Under the pieces are notes generated by a model that did no database searches, had not been told where the DNA came from, and saw only the letters and a list, made by a program, of their open reading frames with translations. A stretch of DNA of 64,000 bases, from positions 12,214,001-12,278,000 of the forward strand of contig NC_043017.1 of the NCBI RefSeq assembly GCF_006345805.1. Direction: 5' to 3'. Positions 23,734 to 64,000 of this stretch are shown piece by piece. The position numbers were made by a program, and so were the translations under genes. The stretch's first letter is position 1. The number at the start of each line of letters is the position of its first letter. This stretch comes from Octopus sinensis. Lineage: Eukaryota.

Positions 23734-24057
23734 GTATCTTGAAGTTGTTGTTGGTGTTGTTGGTGTTGATATTGTTGGTATTGTTGTAGCCAGACTCCGT
23801 GGCCGTGGAGGTTGGGTATTTTTGCTCTGTTTCCCCCTTTTTCTGTTTGTTTTTTCTTCTTCTTTACAGGTCCGTTTGTCCATTTGTGTTTACCCCTCTC
23901 TGCTAAACAGGACCCCTTTAAAAATACCATATATATATATATATATATACACACATACCATATATATATATATATATATATATACATACACTCATACACA
24001 TCTCATGTATATATCATATACATATATATATTTATACATACATATATATATATATAC

Positions 24058-24094
<37 letters not shown>

Positions 24095-24182
24095 CCACAT
24101 ATATATATATACATACACTCACACATCTCATGTATATATCATATACATATATATATTTATACATATATATACATACATATAT

Positions 24183-24214
<32 letters not shown>

Positions 24215-25086
24215 GTATAATTCTTTATGCGTCTTAGCCCAAATTCTGAGGCCAAGCTGGGGCACCACCAGTATCGTCGCCTTTTCAATGGCCATTCCTC
24301 TATGGTTGGCTTATATAAATATATATATATATACGTGCGTGTGTGTATGTAATACTTTAATCCATAATTGTTTGTCCGACAAAAAAAAATATATATCTTC
24401 TGTTTCGCTGATGGCTCATCGCGAACTTAAGCAATTATGGACTAAAATAGTTATTTTTCCCCCACTCTCAGACTTTTGTCTTGAGTACTGTATATCCTAA
24501 GTGGCCAGCCAGACATGGCTTGTTTTTGAACTTGTCACCTCCCCTCCTGGAATAACATACACGCACTAACCCCCTTTTACGCCCTGCCTGGGGTCTGCCT
24601 CGCAACCTCTTGTGGTCGTTTTCTGCTGTCTGTCTAAATCAAAATGCCCACACCCACGTGTCATAAAGGTCAGGTCAGTTTTGGTTACAAAGCTGAAATG
24701 GTGCCATTTCTCTTTCTCCACCAACCATCACCATATTCCCAAAAAACGATGTTGTCTTGTTACCGTTGCTTATCATAATCATATTAATGTTCTTATATAT
24801 TCCGATCAGCATTTGAAACGTCTATTACGACTGTACCTTGCTAATTCCACCCACCTCCTAGTTTACTCCCAACTTACAGTTGGGGGTATTGTTGCTTTTG
24901 ATGTCTGTGACTGTCGTCTTTGAAGTTCGACTTGAGTTCACTAGTTGCTGCCATATCGTTGCTTAAAAAAACCTCTCAGTTCTGTCTTTTACGTAGAACA
25001 CTTCTAATCAATCTTTTCCCTATCTCTTTTTATTCTGTGTTCTATGTTGTGCCTGTGTGAAAAAAAACCTTTATGTACGCATAAAG

Positions 25087-25167
<81 letters not shown>

Positions 25168-26278
25168 AATTAGCTAGTTAGCTATTTATCTGCCTATCTA
25201 TTTATCTAGCTACCTACCTACCTGTCTATCTATCTATCTATCTATCTATATCTGTGTATGCGAATATAACACACACACACAGACAGATGCGTATATGCAT
25301 TCCAGAAGATATACACATTATATTTAAACATAATTATCAAGCATTCGCACCTGTGGTTCCTTAGAGATCCGTTTTGGAAAAATCTCCACTTAACGTTGAA
25401 AATTCTCCAAGTGTATACGCATCACGTTTTCTGTCCATTTCTCTCCCTTTCTTTCACACGCATATTTTTATATAATACAATATTAATGGATCCATTTAAG
25501 ACGATTTTTATCAATCGGTTTTGCACAGGCCTGTTAAGGGAAGAACCTTAAAAATCCCGGCGCTTATTACGAGAGTTGATATGAAACCAGTTAATAAGTT
25601 CGGCTTAAATGGCTCTATAATAGAGTCTTGTAAACATTAATAACCCACTCTAGTAACAAACATACGAGTACCTGGTTTTTTCCCCTAACTTATGAATTCT
25701 TAGCTTATCTTTTATTTGTATCAGTCATTAGACGGTTGCTATTGCTGGGGCATCGTCACGGAGGGTACTTTTTTAAAAAGCCTAGTGCTTATTCTATCGG
25801 CTGTTATGCCGAACCGCTAAGTTACGGGGATATGCACAAACCAGCACCGGTGGTGGGGGGACAAACATATACATAATGACACACACACACACAGGCACTC
25901 GTATGACAGGCTTTTTTCAGTTTCTGTCCATCAAATCCACTCAAGGCTTTGGTTGGTCTGAGCCTACAGTAGAAGACACTTGCATAAGGTGTCACTGTGG
26001 GACTGAATCTGGAACCATGTGATTGGAAAGAAGCCACATATGTGCTTGACCGCTAAATCCACAAGTTTTTTCATTCGCTCTCTGTGTATTTTCTCTTATT
26101 CCTTTCTGTCGAGGAGCGAAGGCTCAAAACATAAAAGACTTTCTCACTTTCCTGAGCATCAAACTAATATACCTGCTTATTATTTATTCACCCATCTTCG
26201 TCTTTTGTTTTTCTGTAAATTTCAACTATATATATATATATATATATAAATCTGTACATCACCCTCAATACTTCTTTC

Positions 26279-26324
<46 letters not shown>

Positions 26325-28291
26325 GTGCCATGGCCTAGTGGTTAGATTGTGATTTCAGTTCCTAGACCGGGTGGTGTGTTGTGTTCTTGAGCAAAACACT
26401 TTGTGTCACGATGCTCTGCAATCACTTTGGCACCTGATGTGTGGTTCACAGTGCACCTGTTCTGACAATGTTGATTTGATGAAGAGAGTGAGATAATGTG
26501 TGGCACAAACAATTGATCACAGTAAACAAATCACCTGTACAGGTCGTTCGGCAAAAACCGAATGCTCATACATTGTGTTTGATGGGAGAGTCTATCATAT
26601 ATCATCATCATCATCATTTAGCATCCGCTTTCCATGCTAGCATGGGTTGGACGGTTCAACTGGGGTCTGTGAAGCCAGAAGGCTGCATCAGGCCCAGTCT
26701 GATCTGGCAGTGTTTCTACGGCTGGATGCCCTTCCTAACGCCAACCACTCTGTGAGTGTAGTGGGTGCTTTTTACGTGCCATCCGCACAGATGCCAGATG
26801 GAGCTGGCAAACGGCCACGGACGGATAGTGCTTTTTACGTGCCACATATGCTCACACATATCTCTGCATGTATAAGTCTATCTGTTTATCCATCCATCCA
26901 TACTATGTGATTGGAACTTACTTGACAGAAAAGTGAAGAATCCCCCTTGTTTAGCTGGTTTCACTTTGTGTCCAGTGCTAGAATAAAATATGATAGATGT
27001 TGCATCAGTTTCTGTGTTATATGTACCCTAGTTGTTTTGATTATTTGTAGTGCCTTTCCATTTGAATTGCAGTTATAAGGGTAAAAGGATTGCACCTAGA
27101 AAATTCCCCTCCGAGGCACAAATCTGGGCAAGGTTGGTTTATGGAAGCAGCCACTCATGCATACCAGCCTCCCCTCTCGACTCCATCGATGTTATCCAAG
27201 GGAAAGGCAAAGGGGCCGATACAGCTTGGCACCAGTGATGTTGCAACTCATCTCTACAGCTTTATGAACTGGAGCAATCTGAAATAAAATGTCTTGCTCA
27301 AGAACTCAACACGCAGCCTGGCCCGGGAATCGAGCTCACTACCTCATGATTGTGAACCCAACGCTCTAAACATTGAGCCGTACACTATTTCAATCACAAG
27401 GCCTTTGTGAGACAATGGTGCAAGTTACTTGATGCCTGTACTCTAAGATCCATACAGACACACACACATGCATATATGCACACCTGTAGATACATGATTC
27501 TATGGGATCCTCGTTTGAAACAGTTCTATCTTGTTATATGCCTGATGTCACCATTACAATTTCATGCCTTATCAATAAGGCTTGAAATTGTAATGATTTT
27601 TGATTGATAACTGATGAGGGATGAGCATGTCCACATCTTTTGTGTATGTTTCCCATGTGTTCCTTTGTTGTCTTTCTGTGCAGCCTTTTATTCTTATATA
27701 GTCTAGCAGTGGCCTACTGTTGAGCAGGTCCTGTAAATGTGAACTTTCTCCAGCATTCTCTATATGACCTGGGAGGGACCATACCCTCCCCTACTAAGTA
27801 GACTATTGAAACTTCGGTTACCGTGACTAGACATGTGGTGAATACTGGAGTGGTTTCCTGTTGTCTTCAGTCTTCTCCAGGCATGTGGGGTTTGAATTCA
27901 GAATGTGGAGAGCTGGAAAATATACTGTAAATTATATCTGCCAATGTGCCAATGATTCTACCTCTCTCCTACCAGCAGAGCAACATGAAATGAAGTGTTT
28001 TGCTCAAGAACACATGTCACCTGGTCCGGGAATTGAACCTATGATCTAGCAATCATGAGCGCATCACCCCAACCATTTGCCCATGCACCTTCATATGTGC
28101 ATGTGTGTATATATATGTATCTATTGATAGAAACGGACAACTGAAGAGATGGCGGCATGGATTTCCACTCTGACATCCGAAACTCAGTTTTATCATGGCT
28201 ACCGAATAATTGTCACATATTACATTTACAGATATATATATATATGTGTATATATAATTGATATATATATATATATATGTGTGTGTGTATA

Positions 28292-28443
28292 TATAATTGA
28301 TGAGGGAAATGGTAAATGGATTTGGTATGAATCTTTATTCAATATGATGCTCATTTCAACCCATCCTGCATCTGTCCCTTATGATTGTCATGTTGAATAA
28401 AGATTTGTACCAAATCTATTTTCTGTTTCCCTCATCAATTATA
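28292..28443 (+). repeat. 56-bp inverted repeat with a 40-nt loop
   Basis: Arms 28292..28347 and 28388..28443 have 49/56 Watson-Crick pairs. Confidence 0.92.
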
Positions 28444-28665
28444 AACTAAATGAACTCTGCGGGATTCCTGACATAAATCCAGTGAAAATCATACTGTAAC
28501 TGTGGATAACATCAGATAGTCCAAGCAGTGAATGTGCTTTAATCAGCTTACATATACATATACCCAAAGTCCAAACAATTACTTATATGATTTGTTTTTT
28601 TGTTAGTTTACAAAGTGTTTTTTCTATTTGCTTGTAGGATAAGAACAGGGATAGCTAACAATACA

Positions 28666-59962
<31,297 letters not shown>

Positions 59963-60134
59963 CCTTTTGGTACATTGATCTTAATAGCTCCAAGACATTT
60001 CTGCCACCTGTACCATTTTACCGTGACAAACTATTTGTCTGGAATCTTTCATGTTCACTGCCAAACAAACCATCTCAACATCTTTTTGGTTACGTTTCAC
60101 ATCTACCCTGATCTGACTCATTTCATGTAGAAAT

Positions 60135-60990
60135 ATGTATATATGTATATATGTATATATATGTATATATGTATATATATATATGTGTATATATATGTGT
60201 ATATGTATATATATATGTATATATATGTGTATATGTATATATATATGTATATATATGTGTATATGTATATATATATGTATATATATATGTATATATATGT
60301 GTATATGTATATATATATGTATATATATATATATATATATGCGTATGTGTATATGTATATATATATATGCGTATGTGTATATGTATATATATATATATAT
60401 GTGTATATGTATATATGTATACATGTGTATATGTATATATGTGTATATGTATACATGTGTATATGTATATATGTATACATGTGTATATGTCTATATGTAT
60501 ATATATACATATGTGTATATGTATGTATGTATATATGTGTGTATATAGGCATACACTCACATGTGTGTGTGTATATACACATATATATATATATATACAC
60601 ACATAGACATACACACACATGTATGTGTGTGTGTATATATATATATATTATATATTATATACGTGTGTGAGCATGTATATATATATGTGTAGGTATGTTC
60701 TTTGATCAAGGGCATCCCTTTATTTGACACAGCTACTCATTCTCATCTGGTCGGTCAGCTAACTGATCCGTTGACCAATCAACAATGACTGGCCATAGCA
60801 ACCAACAGTCCAGCTGTTTACTAAGGAGGACAAATATACACATTGATTCTTGGACAACTTTGGACAACATTCTACCTTCCTGCTGATAACATTTTGCTTA
60901 CTGTTGGCAAAACATATTTCATAACCCGCCCCCCTCAAACTTGAAATATCAAGAACCCCCCCCCCCAATAATATACACACACACAACCCC

Positions 60991-61031
<41 letters not shown>

Positions 61032-61630
61032 AACACATACACATATATGTACACATACATACACACATACGTACACACATACATACACACACATGTATAT
61101 ACACACATGCATATACACACATGCATATACACACATGTATACACACATGTATATACACATGTATATACACACATGCATATACACACATGCATATACACAC
61201 ATGCATATACACACATGCATATACACACATGCATATACACACATGCATATACACACACGTATACACACACGTATATACACATGTATATACACACATGCAT
61301 ATACACACATGCATATACACACATGCATATACACACATGCGTATATACACATGTATATACACACATGCATATACACACATGTATATACACATGTATATAC
61401 ACACATATATATACACACCCATATATATACATGCATACACATACATATATGTATATACACACATATGCACACAAATATATACATACATACATAAATATAT
61501 ATGTATATACATACATACACACACACATACATACACACACATACACCCACATACAGGCACATTCTTGCATATAAATACATACATACACTATATTCACTCA
61601 CACATACACTTTATACATACATGTATATAC
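60135..61630. repeat. Two large compound TA/TG and CA/TA microsatellite blocks downstream of the COP1 stop (about 60135..60690 and 60965..61630)
   Basis: Read directly from the sequence. The second block has a 14-bp ATACACACATGCAT-type subunit. Confidence 0.9.
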
Positions 61631-62414
61631 ACAGTGTGTATGAAGACATTTACCCTGCTTTGTCCCCCTCCCCTCCTCGCAGCATAGGAACTGTAAAACA
61701 TTTTCTTTCTTTACTAACCAAAATGTACTGTGAGCAGATCTTAACAATGGCTCAGTTCTAAGTTGATTAAGAAACTCTTTTGGCGTTTGTTCAGCCAAGC
61801 GTGTAGAAATGTGATACTGCACTCTATTCATACACTCACTCTCTCTCACACACACACACACACACATGACTTGCATGCATGTCACATGCATGTGTAACAC
61901 CCTCATGTGACACTTATACACTTACACACACACACACAACAACACTCAAACATACACGTGTGCAGAACTCACGCACACATACACGCATCAAACACCGATT
62001 TCATTTCATGTCCATCTAAAACTTTGATGTAAGATGTTGTATATAGGCACATGTGTGTGTGTGTGTGTGTGGCTGTGTGTTTACTGTTGCATCTGTGCAT
62101 ATATATAAAGCATTGCATGTGTGTATGTAGTGTTGCAAGTATGCGTATGTAGTGTATGTGTTTGTAATGTTATGTGCGTATGTGTGCGTGCTTGTAGAGT
62201 AGAACATAGATGTTAAAAGATGATGGCTCATCCTCATTTAACGTCTATTTTCCATGCTGGCATGGGTTAGACTGTTTGACTGGGATTGGTAAGCCAGAGA
62301 GTTGCAACAGGTTTCAGCTGTCTGTTTTGGCTTGATTTCTGCGGCTGGATGCCCTTCCTAACGCCAACCACTTTACAGAGCGTACTGCGTGTGTATGAAT
62401 ATTGTGTGTGTTTA

Positions 62415-63560
62415 TGAGGGTTGGTTGGAAAAAGTCATAGGTTGACCCAGATATTCCAAGGTATTTTTTTTCAACATAGTCCCCGATGTGGTCCACACAC
62501 TTCTTCCATTGATGTTGCTGTGCTTGGATCCCATTGGTGAAGATCCTTTCATCCTTTTGGTAAAAAAAAAAAAGTCATCCACAGCAGATATGTCATCATC
62601 AATGTTTTAAGGGTTCCCAACCAAGTGTTTTTTTTTGTTTTTTTCATGTTGGGGAGCAGGTGATAGTCAGATGTGGCCAAATCCGGAGAATAGGGACAGT
62701 AATCAACCAATTCAAAACTACAGTCATACACAGCAGTCATTGAAACCAAGGAATTGTGTGCTGGAGCGTTCCCTTGATGAATCAAGACCCCTTTCATCAG
62801 TTTTCCTGGGCGTTTGGTCTTGATAGCCTTTCATAACTGCCCCTGCAAGTTGGCATACTACTCTTCATCGATGGTGGTGGCCCTTTTGAAGATAGTCAAT
62901 AGACACAATGCCTTCTGCATTCCAGAAAACTGATGCCATCACCTTCCCTGCAGATGAGATGGCATTCGCCTTCTTTGGAGGGATGATTCCACTGCATAGA
63001 TTGTCTCTTTGTCTCTGAAGTTAATAATCAATCTCTGTTAGGAAATATTCAAGGAAACCAGCAGGATTTGCCTCAAACAATGTCAGATTTTCCTGTGATG
63101 TGATCAACCTGGTGTGCTTTTAATCAGGTGTCCTCACTCCCAAGATATGCTAAAAACATTGGCTCAATCACCTGTCATCCATCAGCATGCGGTGAACATG
63201 ATCAATGTTTTCCTCGGTGGTGGCAGTTGCAGGATGTCCAAACCTTGGCTCATCTTCCATACTCTCCCTTCCCCTCCTAAATTCAGCTGCTCACTTTTGC
63301 ACTGTTCATAAAGCTGGAGCGTCATCTAATACAGCAGCTATGTCAGCATGAATGCTGTTGGGGGCTAAACTCTTTTTCTTACAGGTACTTGATAACATCA
63401 TGACGCTAAATCTTGTCCATTTTCAAGAGAAGTAGCTACTTGCTAGTTTTGAAGTCTTTGAAGAGTCAGATGCCTATCTTACCTGGAAAGAAACAAAGAA
63501 ATTATCAATAGGAGTTGAAATGCGTACAAGATTTCACAGCCCTAACACCACTCTTTTATG
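62415..63560 (-). mobile_element. Degenerate mariner transposon
   Basis: Fragments MDKI*RHDVIKYL (ATG 63420), GVLIHQGNAPAH, YSPDLATSDYHL and GDYVEK, with stops and frameshifts. End TA|TGAGGGTTGGTTGGAAAAAG. The right boundary is approximate. Confidence 0.85.
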
Positions 63561-64000
63561 CTTGTGGAGTGGAACATAGATGTTAAATGGTGATGGATCA
63601 TCCTCATTTAATGTCCGTTTTCCATGCTGGCATGGGGTTGGACAGTTTGACCGGAGCTGATAAGGCTGGGGGGGGGGGGAACACACTAGGCTACATTGGT
63701 TGTTTTGGCATGGTTTTTATGGCTGGATGCCCTTCCTAATGCCAACCACTTTACAGAGGTTACTGGGTGCTTGTTATGTGGCACCAGCACTGGTATCAAT
63801 TCTGCTGTGGTGGACGGGTTTTTTGGTGTACAACAACGTGCCAAATATGTGTATGTACATTATGTGTGTGTGTGTGTGTGTGTGTAAATAGCAAAATGAT
63901 TCATACAGCCAGGTTTGTGATGATGGAGGTAAGTTTTAGAGGAAGATGTTGCTTAACAAAACAAAACATAAAACATAAAAAAACAGAAAGAGAAATCATT

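Noticed and set aside
59963-64000. COP1 polyadenylation site
   Set aside because: I found no canonical AATAAA or ATTAAA by eye downstream of the stop, so the transcript end is left uncalled.

Overview
Eukaryotic, very repeat-dense genomic DNA. The SINE/MITE content and TA/CA microsatellites look like an octopus (coleoid cephalopod), which is an inference and not shown by the sequence. Two protein-coding genes can be rebuilt by hand with GT-AG introns and continuous frame. XRCC2 (RAD51 paralog) is on the minus strand, with 2 coding exons (7052..7020 and 5712..4804), 313 aa. COP1/RFWD2 (RING, coiled-coil, WD40 E3 ligase) is on the plus strand, with 22 coding exons (28666..59962), 619 aa. They are head-to-head about 21.6 kb apart, and each has its own promoter-like motifs: an E2F palindrome for XRCC2 and NRF1+ETS sites for COP1. 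The rest is tRNA-derived SINEs of at least 4 families, MITEs (piggyBac-, Tc1/Tigger-, Merlin- and Helentron-like), decayed mariner and LINE fragments (RTE, CR1, CRE-like, HERO-like), minisatellites and microsatellites. Almost all long ORFs in the supplied track are microsatellite or repeat artefacts. I found no rRNA, true tRNA or CRISPR array, and no convincing new multi-gene system. The strongest leads are structured-RNA candidates in COP1 introns (hammerhead-like motifs and a 56-bp hairpin whose transitions are all G.U-compatible), two short local ectopic copies of gene sequence, SINE dimers that inserted as units with one recurring junction, two GG-ended MITEs with 8-bp TSDs, and a 33-unit minisatellite of GCCACCATG. 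Family names and human comparisons come from memory, and no search was run.
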